NCBI GenBank assembly: GCA_934149245.1
Contig: CAKPER010000005.1
Location: 367 to 64,366, forward strand
Reading direction: 5' to 3'
DNA: 64,000 bases
Origin: an uncultured Bacilli bacterium
GTDB taxonomy: Bacteria; Bacillota_I; Bacilli_A; RF39; UBA660
Of this stretch, positions 1-8,512 are shown piece by piece; positions within the stretch are counted from its first letter, which is position 1, and every line of letters begins with the position of its first letter. The notes under the pieces are model-generated. The model ran no database searches. It had not been told where the DNA came from and worked only from the letters and a program-made list of their open reading frames with translations. Position numbers and translations under genes: made by a program.

Positions 1-11
1 AAAGGAATTTT

Positions 12-350
12 ATGGTTTTATCTGATAACTGTTTTGGTAAAATACTTAGAACTATTCAATTGGATTTACCTAAGTTTAATGAGTATTCACTAGAAGAAGA
101 ATGTAATGGATTGAAAGATAAAATTAAGTATTGTGATCCGTGGTATCAGGGTGATATAGTTAGTCAAGATTTTTATGATGCTGTTTATGATTATAATAAG
201 CAAATAGAGGATAATGAAAAAACAGTTAAAGATAAATTTATAGATTTATTTAAAGAGTATTACTATGTGATTGTTCCTGTTATTATTCTAATATTTATAA
301 TAATTTTATTTGTTGTTTGGAAGAAACACAATAAAAATGTTTTAGAATAA
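12..350 (+). CDS. Hypothetical tail-anchored membrane protein, first visible gene of the pilus-like cluster
   Basis: ORF track. AAAGGA lies 5 nt upstream of the ATG. Single C-terminal hydrophobic helix VIVPVIILIFIIILFVVW followed by KKHNK. The frame is open to the window edge, so the start is uncertain. Confidence 0.4.
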   Translation: MVLSDNCFGKILRTIQLDLPKFNEYSLEEECNGLKDKIKYCDPWYQGDIVSQDFYDAVYDYNKQIEDNEKTVKDKFIDLFKEYYYVIVPVIILIFIIILFVVWKKHNKNVLE

Positions 351-379
351 TTGTTTTTTTGAATAGAGGTGAGTGAGTA

Positions 380-3160
380 TTGAAATGGTATAAGTATTTA
401 TTTTTTTATTGTTTAGTATTTTTTTGCTTTAGTTGTAATGTTTTTGGAATAAGTGTTAAGGATGAAAAATATCCAAAAGATTGTGATGGAAATGTTATAA
501 CTGGATTAGATCAAGAACCTAGTACTGTTAATTTTTCGGATAATGATAGTTGTTCTATTTCTGTTTCAAAGCAAATTAAAGATTTTGATGACACAAAACC
601 TAATCCACAAACTTGTTTGGGTTTTAAAATTGAAGATAAATGGTATAAAAGAGATGTTTTATTGCTTATTGATAATAGTTGGTCGATGAAAGGTAAGGAA
701 CAGCAAGTAAGAAAAATATTTAGAAAAGTAGCTGCACAATTAAAAACTGGAGAAAATATATATGTGAAGTATTTCTTAGGCTCAGAAGGGGCTGAAAAAT
801 ATTCTTTTTCGCAGGTTGATACTAAAAAAAAGCAAGGCGGAATAGCTGGAAAGATTTTAGAATATAAAGATGGCGATTCTACTAAACCTTTAAGGTATGG
901 AACTAATACATATTCTAGTTCTGCACTTAATAAGGCAGCTGATTGGGTAAAAACAGAGGTTAAAAAGAGTGAACATATCCCAATTGTTATTTTTATTACG
1001 GATGGTTATCCTACGGCTTATAAAGATACAGATGGAAATAAGTATGAACTCGGATATCTTTCTTCTGCTAGACATTTTTATGAATTTGCAGTGGCACTGA
1101 AAAATTTGCAAAATCAATTTTTAACAATTAGTAAAAATGGAAAAAATAAACTTATGAATAATAGTATAGTTAAACCAAAGTTTGCCACAATTGGACTTGG
1201 TATTAGTAATGATAAAACTGATATGTCTGCTAAATATCTTTTAACAACTAAAAGTAGTGATTTTGATAATTTAAAAAATCTTACTACTAGTGATAAGCAA
1301 CATAAAGAAGATAAAAGATTTTATCAGTTATTAAACGGTGATATTAGTAGTGGGATTGAACTAACACTTTCGATAGCTTCTAATCCAGATTTAGGCGTTG
1401 TTGGTTATTCAAGTTATAATAGTAGTACTAAGACAGTAAATTTTAAAAATTTTGGAAATATTGATACTACCAATGGTGGAAAATTAGCTAAAGATAATGG
1501 CATTGCAATTGGACCTATAAAAGAAAATTTGATAACTCAAATTAAAAGTAATGGAAGAACAATTAATCATACTAAGAAAGATTTAGATGGAAAGTATACT
1601 GGGTATAGTATTATTTTTCTTAAAAAAGCAGATGTGTGGAACACTTTGAAACAAAATAAAACTATTTCTATTCATCTTAGAAACTCTAATGCTTTAATGA
1701 AATATAATATTAATCGATCTGCAATAGGTTCTACTTTGAATGGTTTTATTGATTATTATAAGTTTTCACCAACTGATGTAGACTTAAATGATATTATTTC
1801 TGTTTTAGAAGTTAAGTCTAATGTTGGTAATGTTTCTAAAGGGAATAAAGATATTGACTATAAAAAAAGGACATATTATGGTTTAAACAGTGATTATAAA
1901 TATTTAGATTTAAATGGTAGGGGATATGTTAGACATTGTTCGAAAGAAAAACTTATTAAAAATGATTCTGAATGTTCTGCTGTTTATGTAAATGAAATAC
2001 GTGTTAAATATTTTATCAATTATAGTTTGGTTTTTAACGCTGGGACACTGAAAACTGAAAATAAAGAATCATATTCTCCTGGATTGGGCTTTAAATTTAG
2101 TGGAATTGATACCGCTTTTCATAATAGTTGGTATTATGCATACTATGTTGAAAATAATGTTAGTTCTTCTCCAGTTGTTGAATATAAGTATAGTGGCAAT
2201 TGGTATAAAATTAATTTTGACTCTATTAAGAAAAGCCAAAATATGATTGGCGAACCATTTATGAGTAGAGATGACATATGGAATAAAATTAGCTCTGCTG
2301 TGAAAGTAGAAACTTCAAATTTTAGTGTTAACTATGAAACAGTTTCAAGTAATGATTCAACTATTCTTTCAGAAAGTATTAATGGAAAAATAGAGAGAAA
2401 AAAATCAAATGTTGAAACTAGTAGTGATGGCAATGGCGGAACTCTTTATAATATAAGTGAAACTGATAGTATTAAAAAATCTTGTATTAAGGGAACTAAC
2501 TTTGAATATGTTAATGAAAATGATGAATGCTCTGCTGAATATGCTCAAACTGATAGTTATGCTGGAGAAGATTTTTCTTATATTGAAAAGAATGGTAGGT
2601 ATTATTTTATTCCTTTTGGATATAAACAAAAAACAGTTGATGTTAAAGTAGAACTTAATGTTGCTGGTAAAAATCTTTCTACTACTTGTAAAATTAATGT
2701 TCATAATAATGGTAGTCCTTGTTCAACTAGTAAAGAAGATGGAAATAGTAGTATTGAGGAACAAGTTAGTTATAGATCAATTGATAAAGGTAATCCTTTT
2801 CCTAGAGCGGCTAATAAATATTATTCTATACCGTTAAATTGGAGAAGTTGGTACTGTAATAGCTATGGAACTAGTGGCAATTGTGTACCTGATGACCAAA
2901 ACCAAAGACGTTTAATAAATAGTTATTCGGGTGGGTATTATTATTCCAAACAATATAAGTCTCAGGAGTTGACAGAAATTGCAAATGATACTCGTAATAA
3001 TTCTAGTAATTATTATTCTTCTTGGAATAATATAGATCAATCTGGAAAAAGTAACAGCATTGGTGATAGTGGTATTATAAATAAAAATTTTAGTAGTAAT
3101 ATTGAGAGTTATTGTCCTTTAGGTTCTTTTAGTTCTAATTGTGATGGGGTGATAAAATGA
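380..3160 (+). CDS. Secreted von Willebrand factor A (vWA) domain protein, 926 aa, putative pilus-associated adhesin
   Basis: TTG start after AGAGGTGAG. Signal-like N-terminus YLFFYCLVFFCFSCNVFG. MIDAS-type vWA motifs LLLIDNSWSMKG (DxSxS), GTNTYSS and VIFITDGYPT. No LPXTG. The stop overlaps the next start (ATGA). Confidence 0.65.
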   Translation: MKWYKYLFFYCLVFFCFSCNVFGISVKDEKYPKDCDGNVITGLDQEPSTVNFSDNDSCSISVSKQIKDFDDTKPNPQTCLGFKIEDKWYKRDVLLLIDNSWSMKGKEQQVRKIFRKVAAQLKTGENIYVKYFLGSEGAEKYSFSQVDTKKKQGGIAGKILEYKDGDSTKPLRYGTNTYSSSALNKAADWVKTEVKKSEHIPIVIFITDGYPTAYKDTDGNKYELGYLSSARHFYEFAVALKNLQNQFLTISKNGKNKLMNNSIVKPKFATIGLGISNDKTDMSAKYLLTTKSSDFDNLKNLTTSDKQHKEDKRFYQLLNGDISSGIELTLSIASNPDLGVVGYSSYNSSTKTVNFKNFGNIDTTNGGKLAKDNGIAIGPIKENLITQIKSNGRTINHTKKDLDGKYTGYSIIFLKKADVWNTLKQNKTISIHLRNSNALMKYNINRSAIGSTLNGFIDYYKFSPTDVDLNDIISVLEVKSNVGNVSKGNKDIDYKKRTYYGLNSDYKYLDLNGRGYVRHCSKEKLIKNDSECSAVYVNEIRVKYFINYSLVFNAGTLKTENKESYSPGLGFKFSGIDTAFHNSWYYAYYVENNVSSSPVVEYKYSGNWYKINFDSIKKSQNMIGEPFMSRDDIWNKISSAVKVETSNFSVNYETVSSNDSTILSESINGKIERKKSNVETSSDGNGGTLYNISETDSIKKSCIKGTNFEYVNENDECSAEYAQTDSYAGEDFSYIEKNGRYYFIPFGYKQKTVDVKVELNVAGKNLSTTCKINVHNNGSPCSTSKEDGNSSIEEQVSYRSIDKGNPFPRAANKYYSIPLNWRSWYCNSYGTSGNCVPDDQNQRRLINSYSGGYYYSKQYKSQELTEIANDTRNNSSNYYSSWNNIDQSGKSNSIGDSGIINKNFSSNIESYCPLGSFSSNCDGVIK

Positions 3161-3645
3161 AAATGAGTTTTCAAGCATTGACTCTTATCTTATTAGGTAT
3201 GGTTGGTATTGTAGTTATATCCGTTTTTGAATCTGTTACTATAAATAATGAGTCGTCATATTATGTTTTAAAAGAAGCTATGAAGTCTTCGATGATTGAA
3301 TCTATTGATAAACAATATTATGCAACACATCGTTATTGTAGTAATGATGTTAAGATTTGCCCAAATGCAGGTAACAATAATGGTATAAAGTGTAGTGGAG
3401 CAATAAAGATATCAGAGCAAAAATTTGTTGAAAATTTTACTAGAAGATTTGCTGCTAGTATAAATGGTGATGTTAATAAGTATACTTTAGAATTTTATGA
3501 TATTATTGAGTCACCACCTAAAGCTACTGTTTTGATAAAATCTAATACTACAACTTATACAAATAAAGATAAACAGACTATGGTTCAATCTAGTGCTGAT
3601 ATAGAAAATACTTTGACTGGTATTTTAGAGGTTTATGATTCATAA
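3157..3645 (+). CDS. TadE/pseudopilin-like small protein with N-terminal hydrophobic segment
   Basis: Translationally coupled to the vWA gene. N-terminus MKMSFQALTLILLGMVGIVVISVFE followed by a soluble domain. Position within a Tad-type locus. Family assignment is by context only. Confidence 0.35.
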   Translation: MKMSFQALTLILLGMVGIVVISVFESVTINNESSYYVLKEAMKSSMIESIDKQYYATHRYCSNDVKICPNAGNNNGIKCSGAIKISEQKFVENFTRRFAASINGDVNKYTLEFYDIIESPPKATVLIKSNTTTYTNKDKQTMVQSSADIENTLTGILEVYDS

Positions 3646-3690
3646 TAGTTTCGGCTATTTTGATATAGATAAATAAAGAGGAGGAAGAAA

Positions 3691-4581
3691 ATGAAAGATA
3701 CTTTAAAGAAGTTTCTTGGTAATAAGAATACTGTAACAATTATAGGGGTAGTTTTGTGTATGATTTTGCTGTATGTTTTTTACAATGTTAGAATTAATCA
3801 AAAGGTTGCTTTAGTTAGAATACCTTATGCTAATCAAACTATTCAGCCTAAAACAGAGATTACATCTGATATGATTTCTTATATGGAAGTAGCAGGAGCA
3901 TTTTTGACTAAAGCTTCATATTTGAAGTCTGCTGATGATATAGTTGGAAGATATTCAGGTTATAATACTGTAATAGCAGAAGGAAGTCCTTTTTATTCAG
4001 ATTTAGTTATTGATAAGAAAGATTTACCTGATGCATCATTTATAGATGTACCTAAAGATTATACTGTTATTAATTATAAAGTAGATATGGATAGTACTTA
4101 TGCTAATAGTATGATGCCTAATGATTATATAAATATTTATTTTAAGGGTGTTGGTGATGATGGTAATGTTATGTTTGGTAAATTCTTAAGTAATGTTAAG
4201 ATATTAGATGTTAAAGATGGTTCTGGACAACATGTATTTGAAAATTCTGATGAAGCTAGAACACCTGCTTATATGTTATTTGCGTTACCTGAAGATATGC
4301 ACTTATTATTTAGAAAAGCATTATATTTAGAGGGACAATATGGAGTAGAACTTATACTTATTCCTGATACTCAAGATACTATAAAGAAAGATAGTGAAAC
4401 TATTAGTTCTGCTGATATTCAATCATTTATTGATAGTAAAACTAAGATGGTGTCTGTAAATGAGATTTTATCTTCTACTAAAAGTAAAGTAGATGGAAGT
4501 GATACAACAACAAATACTACTACAACAACAGATACTACTACTAAGAAAAATAATACTAAAACAACTACTAATAATAGATAA
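3691..4581 (+). CDS. CpaB/RcpC-like Flp pilus assembly protein (SAF-domain type) with Thr-rich tail
   Basis: Strong RBS AGAGGAGGAAG. N-terminal TM VTIIGVVLCMILLYVFY. SAF-like segment VALVRIPYANQTIQPKTEITSDMISYMEV...IVGRY...IAEGSPF. C-terminus DTTTNTTTTTDTTTKKNNTKTTTNN. Confidence 0.55.
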   Translation: MKDTLKKFLGNKNTVTIIGVVLCMILLYVFYNVRINQKVALVRIPYANQTIQPKTEITSDMISYMEVAGAFLTKASYLKSADDIVGRYSGYNTVIAEGSPFYSDLVIDKKDLPDASFIDVPKDYTVINYKVDMDSTYANSMMPNDYINIYFKGVGDDGNVMFGKFLSNVKILDVKDGSGQHVFENSDEARTPAYMLFALPEDMHLLFRKALYLEGQYGVELILIPDTQDTIKKDSETISSADIQSFIDSKTKMVSVNEILSSTKSKVDGSDTTTNTTTTTDTTTKKNNTKTTTNNR

Positions 4582-4593
4582 TGGGGTGATTTG

Positions 4594-6105
4594 ATGAATG
4601 AGTTTCAACAAGTAGATTTTGGACCCATAAAAGAATATTTAGATAATGATGATATAACAGATATATCATATAGTAATGGTGGACAAGTTTGGTTGAAAAC
4701 ATTATCTAAGGGAGTTTATAGAGTTGAAAATCCTGCAGTTAATAATGCATTTATGGAAAAGATGGCCTTTCAGTGTGCTAATTCTATGGGAAAAGCCTTT
4801 AATATGGCTAATCCTTTCCTTGATGCAGAAAGTGCTGAGTTAAGAATGAATTTTGTTCATGAATCAATAGCAAAAAATGGAATAGCAGTATTAATTCGTA
4901 AAACACCTGCAAAGATACGATTACAAAAAGATAAAATAATTAAAGAAGATTATATTAGATTAGATATTCATGATTTTTTACTTACTTGTGTTACAGGACA
5001 TTGTAATATATTGGTTAGTGGAGAAACTGGTAGTGGTAAGACAGAATTTATTAAATATTTAGCTGCTCATACAAAAGAAAATGAGAAAATAATAACTATA
5101 GAAGATACTTTGGAACTTCATTTAGATAAAATATTTCCTCATAGAGATATAGTAGCAATGAAAACTAATAATATAGCTAGTTATGCTGATGTACTTGTTA
5201 CTTGTATGAGACAAAATCCTAGATGGATATTACTTTCTGAGGTAAGAAGTGCGGAAGCTGTTATGGCTGTTAGGGATTCTATTTCATCTGGACATAATAT
5301 TTTATCTACAATACATGCTGATAAGGCAGAGAGTATTCCTAGCCGTTTATATAGTTTATTAGAGTCTAGTATAGATATGGATCAATTTTTAAGAAGTATT
5401 CATAGGTATGTACAACTTGGAGTACATATAAAGGGCTATTATAGTTCTGAATTAAAAAGATTTAAAAGAGAAGTAGCTGAAGTAGTAGAATTTTATGTTA
5501 CAGAAGAAAACAAGGCAGAATATAGAATTTTATATAAAAGAACTCCAGATGGACATACTATTCTTAATAATCCTTCTAAATATTTAATTGGATATTTAGA
5601 AAGTCAGGGAGTAATAATGGAGCCAGATATTCTTGTTAAAGAACAATTTCATGATCCTAATGATAATAAAGATAAGAGTACTAGTGTTAATGATAATAAG
5701 CCTAATAATTTAGAACAGAAGTCTACTACTAACAATATTCAGAGTAATTATTCTAATGTTAAAACAAGTACTAATAATATTTCTTCAAATGGGAATATTA
5801 ACAATGTGAATGTACCTAATAAAAATGTAGTAACTAATAGTGTTTATGGTTCTTCTAATCAAATAAATACTAATAATAGTAATATTGTAAAAAATACTAT
5901 TCCTAGTAATGTAGGCTCTAATTTTATAAATTCTCAAATAAATAACCATTCTAATGTTTCTGCTAATGTTAATGGTGTTAATAGTCAAGTTATAAATAGT
6001 AATATTAATACTAGCCCTACAAATGTTTTAAAAAATCCTCAAGATACTATTGTTAATAATCAAAATATGAGGTATAATGTTATTAACAATAGTAGTCAGG
6101 TATAG
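4594..6105 (+). CDS. tadA: Tad/Cpa-type pilus secretion ATPase (TadA/CpaF family) with Asn/Ser-rich C-terminal extension
   Basis: Walker A GETGSGKT, Asp box TIEDTLEL, Walker B WILLSEVR and His box LSTIHA. ATG at 4594 is preferred over TTG at 4591, with GGGGTG upstream. The last ~150 aa are low-complexity N/S-rich. Confidence 0.85.
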   Translation: MNEFQQVDFGPIKEYLDNDDITDISYSNGGQVWLKTLSKGVYRVENPAVNNAFMEKMAFQCANSMGKAFNMANPFLDAESAELRMNFVHESIAKNGIAVLIRKTPAKIRLQKDKIIKEDYIRLDIHDFLLTCVTGHCNILVSGETGSGKTEFIKYLAAHTKENEKIITIEDTLELHLDKIFPHRDIVAMKTNNIASYADVLVTCMRQNPRWILLSEVRSAEAVMAVRDSISSGHNILSTIHADKAESIPSRLYSLLESSIDMDQFLRSIHRYVQLGVHIKGYYSSELKRFKREVAEVVEFYVTEENKAEYRILYKRTPDGHTILNNPSKYLIGYLESQGVIMEPDILVKEQFHDPNDNKDKSTSVNDNKPNNLEQKSTTNNIQSNYSNVKTSTNNISSNGNINNVNVPNKNVVTNSVYGSSNQINTNNSNIVKNTIPSNVGSNFINSQINNHSNVSANVNGVNSQVINSNINTSPTNVLKNPQDTIVNNQNMRYNVINNSSQV

Positions 6106-6118
6106 GATGTGATGATTA

Positions 6119-7015
6119 ATGTTGGAAATAATTTTAATTGGTATAATAGTTTTATTTATAGTTTCTTATAGGTTTAGTTCTGGAGCTGGTGTTTATAAAT
6201 TTATAAATGAACAAGCTACATCATTATATGATAAATATGCTCCTTATTCTTATAAGGAAATGCGTAGTAAAATAAAGAGTTTAGGCATTGATTATACGCC
6301 TAGACAGTATATTACGCAGATAGTTTTACTTGGTGGTTTTTTTGCCGGAGTTGGTTATTTATATTTTTATAGTTTGATAGTTGCTATTGTTTATTTGATT
6401 ATTGCTGTTGCATCTGTACCTTATTTGACATATTTGAGATCTAAGAGGCAGTATAGTGAGTTTATATTTGAACAAATACAAGTGTATGTAACAAATACTA
6501 TAATGGAATTTGCAACAACACAAGCTTTTATAAAATCATTAGAGGGAGTTGTAGAATCTGGTGTATTAGAGGATCCAGTGTTGTCAGATGTTCAGACTAT
6601 GATAGCTCTTTCTTATGAAAAAGGAGATGTACAAGATTCAATTAATTATATGAATGCTAAGTATCCATTTTTTATGGTAAAGAATATGCATCAGTTGTTT
6701 TTACAGGTTACTAAAGAAGGTGCCAAGGATACTGGTGAGATGTTTGAAAATATGCTAGTCGATATAGATGCTTTGGTAGAAGGCGTCTATAGAGATAGAA
6801 TGGATAGAGCAGCCTTTCATAGACAATTTCTTACTTTTGGATTTGCGTTGTATAGCCTTGATATTTTAATACAGTTTTTGGTACAAGTTGATACCTATAT
6901 TTCAATGCTTGATAATATTTTTGTGTGTATAGCATTGCATGTGTTAGTTTTAATAAATACTGGTTTTCTGTTAAAAGGAGAGAGATACTATAATGAGAAT
7001 GTAGGAGCTGAGTAA
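6119..7015 (+). CDS. tadB: TadB-like inner-membrane platform protein (T2SSF-type)
   Basis: Polytopic. Cytoplasmic helical domain between TM segments (SLEGVVESGVLEDPVLSDVQTMIALSYEKGD...). Lies immediately after the TadA ATPase and is paired with a second similar gene. Confidence 0.55.
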   Translation: MLEIILIGIIVLFIVSYRFSSGAGVYKFINEQATSLYDKYAPYSYKEMRSKIKSLGIDYTPRQYITQIVLLGGFFAGVGYLYFYSLIVAIVYLIIAVASVPYLTYLRSKRQYSEFIFEQIQVYVTNTIMEFATTQAFIKSLEGVVESGVLEDPVLSDVQTMIALSYEKGDVQDSINYMNAKYPFFMVKNMHQLFLQVTKEGAKDTGEMFENMLVDIDALVEGVYRDRMDRAAFHRQFLTFGFALYSLDILIQFLVQVDTYISMLDNIFVCIALHVLVLINTGFLLKGERYYNENVGAE

Positions 7016-7016
7016 T

Positions 7017-7823
7017 ATGATTGAGATATTTTTAATAGGCCTAATTGTTTTGTTTGTTATGTTTTATACAGGAAAGATTAATTCAAACAAGTTTGTAGAA
7101 GATAACAAAGATATATTTGATATTTTGAAAGAAAGTGATTATGAATTTTTGCTTTATGCTAAGTACGGCGATAGAGTTTATGATCCAGAAAAGGTGTACA
7201 TGGGTAGAATAAAAAGAGCAGGTATTGCTTTTGCAGTTTTATTTCTAATATTTATGACTAGACTAAACTTTATAAATATTGTTATTTGTTTAATATTAAG
7301 TTTTTTAGTTTTTAAATATGATTATATTAGTTTGAAAAATTATTACAAGCAACATTTAACATTAATAGATTCATTGCTTCCATATTATTTAAAAGGTTTG
7401 GAAGTATTAGTGCAACATTACACAGTTCCTGTTGCACTTGCTAGAAGTATTGAAGATGCACCAGAAGTATTTAAACCAGGTTTAAAAGAGATGGTTGCAA
7501 AGATAGAAGCTGGGGATTCTAGTATTCAACCTTATGTTGATTTTGCTAATAGGTATCCTGTAAGAGATTCTATGAGAATGATGAGACTTTTATATAGATT
7601 AGGACTTGGTGAACAAGAAAAAAAGCACCAACAATTACTTTCTTTTAGTAAAAGTGTATCTAGTTTGCAAGAGAAGTCTAGGGAAGCTAAATATAAGCAA
7701 AGACTTGATAAAATGGAAAATATGACAATGGTAATGCTTATGTGTACTGGCGGATTTGGTTTGATATTAATGTTAGTAGCTATGGTAATGATGTTAGTTA
7801 ATGCTGCTGGGGTTGCTATTTAG
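7017..7823 (+). CDS. tadC: TadC-like inner-membrane platform protein (T2SSF-type)
   Basis: Starts 1 nt after the tadB-like stop. TM-helical domain-TM layout (LPYYLKGLEVLVQHYTVPVALARSIEDAPEVFKPGLKEMVAKIEAGDS...). Confidence 0.55.
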   Translation: MIEIFLIGLIVLFVMFYTGKINSNKFVEDNKDIFDILKESDYEFLLYAKYGDRVYDPEKVYMGRIKRAGIAFAVLFLIFMTRLNFINIVICLILSFLVFKYDYISLKNYYKQHLTLIDSLLPYYLKGLEVLVQHYTVPVALARSIEDAPEVFKPGLKEMVAKIEAGDSSIQPYVDFANRYPVRDSMRMMRLLYRLGLGEQEKKHQQLLSFSKSVSSLQEKSREAKYKQRLDKMENMTMVMLMCTGGFGLILMLVAMVMMLVNAAGVAI

Positions 7824-7855
7824 TGTGTAAAGATATTTAAGGAGGTGATAGTTTT

Positions 7856-8017
7856 ATGAAAGAAACATCAGGTGAGTTCTCAATGACTGTTGTTGTTATA
7901 ATAGGTGCTATTTTGATTGTTGGCATTTTAGCTACTTTGATTCCTAATATGTCTAATTTTATTAATGATAAGTGGCAAGATGCGGTGAATGATCCTAATA
8001 AATATAAAACACCTTAA
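7856..8017 (+). CDS. 53-aa Flp-sized putative pilin (absent from the ORF track because it is under 60 aa)
   Basis: My translation: MKETSGEFSMTVVVIIGAILIVGILATLIPNMSNFINDKWQDAVNDPNKYKTP. RBS AAGGAGGTGA lies 6-7 nt upstream. Short polar leader ending in Gly, then a ~22-aa hydrophobic helix. Located directly after tadC, where flp genes normally sit. Confidence 0.5.
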   Translation: MKETSGEFSMTVVVIIGAILIVGILATLIPNMSNFINDKWQDAVNDPNKYKTP

Positions 8018-8025
8018 TTTTTTGT

Positions 8026-8053
8026 AATGGTGGTGATAAAATGGTGGTGATAA
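8026..8053 (+). repeat. Perfect 14-bp tandem duplication aatggtggtgataa x2, each copy carrying an SD-like GGTGGTGA
   Basis: Read directly: 8026-8039 is identical to 8040-8053. Lies between the pilin stop and the ATG at 8057. Confidence 0.8.
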
Positions 8054-8056
8054 TTA

Positions 8057-8497
8057 ATGAAAGAAGCTTATGGAGGAATGACTAATATTTATTTGTTTTT
8101 ATTCTTTTTTGTGGTATATGTTTCTTTTTTAGCTTTTGCATTGCAGTTTGCAAAAGCTTATAGAGTAAAAAACTATGTTATAGATGTTCTAGAACAAGGA
8201 CAATATGATGGTGGTTCTATAGAAAATAATGGAACGAATAGTACTATAGAAAGCAAATTGAATAACTACTTTAAAAGCATACCGTATAATGGTGTTGAAG
8301 AAAGTGCTAAAAACTTTTGCGATGAATATGGTGATAAAGCTAATACTTTTGAGGGAACATGTATTATTAAATATGGTGAAGATAGTGCCCCATATTATAA
8401 GGTGTATACTTTTGTTAATTTTAGTTTGCCACTTCTAGATTTAGATCTTACAATACCTGTTGGTGGAGAAACTATGACAATTAAACAAAATACATAA
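8057..8497 (+). CDS. TadE-like / minor pilin-like protein with N-terminal hydrophobic segment
   Basis: N-terminus MKEAYGGMTNIYLFLFFFVVYVSFLAFALQF followed by a soluble domain. Located directly after the pilin-like ORF. Assignment is by context. Confidence 0.35.
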   Translation: MKEAYGGMTNIYLFLFFFVVYVSFLAFALQFAKAYRVKNYVIDVLEQGQYDGGSIENNGTNSTIESKLNNYFKSIPYNGVEESAKNFCDEYGDKANTFEGTCIIKYGEDSAPYYKVYTFVNFSLPLLDLDLTIPVGGETMTIKQNT

Positions 8498-8512
8498 ATG
8501 GAGGAAGATAAT

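Noticed and set aside
890-1117. Minus-strand or alternative-frame ORFs from the track nested in long genes (890..1117, 2405..2704, 2457..2651, 5785..5988, 14398..14583, 20377..20661, 22307..22519, 23110..23352, 23438..23728, 24321..24617, 30762..30980, 32122..32430, 32778..33041, 36912..37127, 38390..38608, 38729..38941, 40648..40860, 40796..41011, 43790..44017, 44867..45166, 49155..49343, 49655..49894, 49985..50194, 52802..53083, 53318..53743, 56758..57006, 57961..58200, 59899..60180, 60475..60832, 60975..61397, 61734..61946)
   Set aside because: All are fully embedded in well-supported longer CDSs with recognisable motifs. Their products are low-complexity I/F/S/L-rich, typical of antisense translation of AT-rich coding DNA, and they have no RBS.
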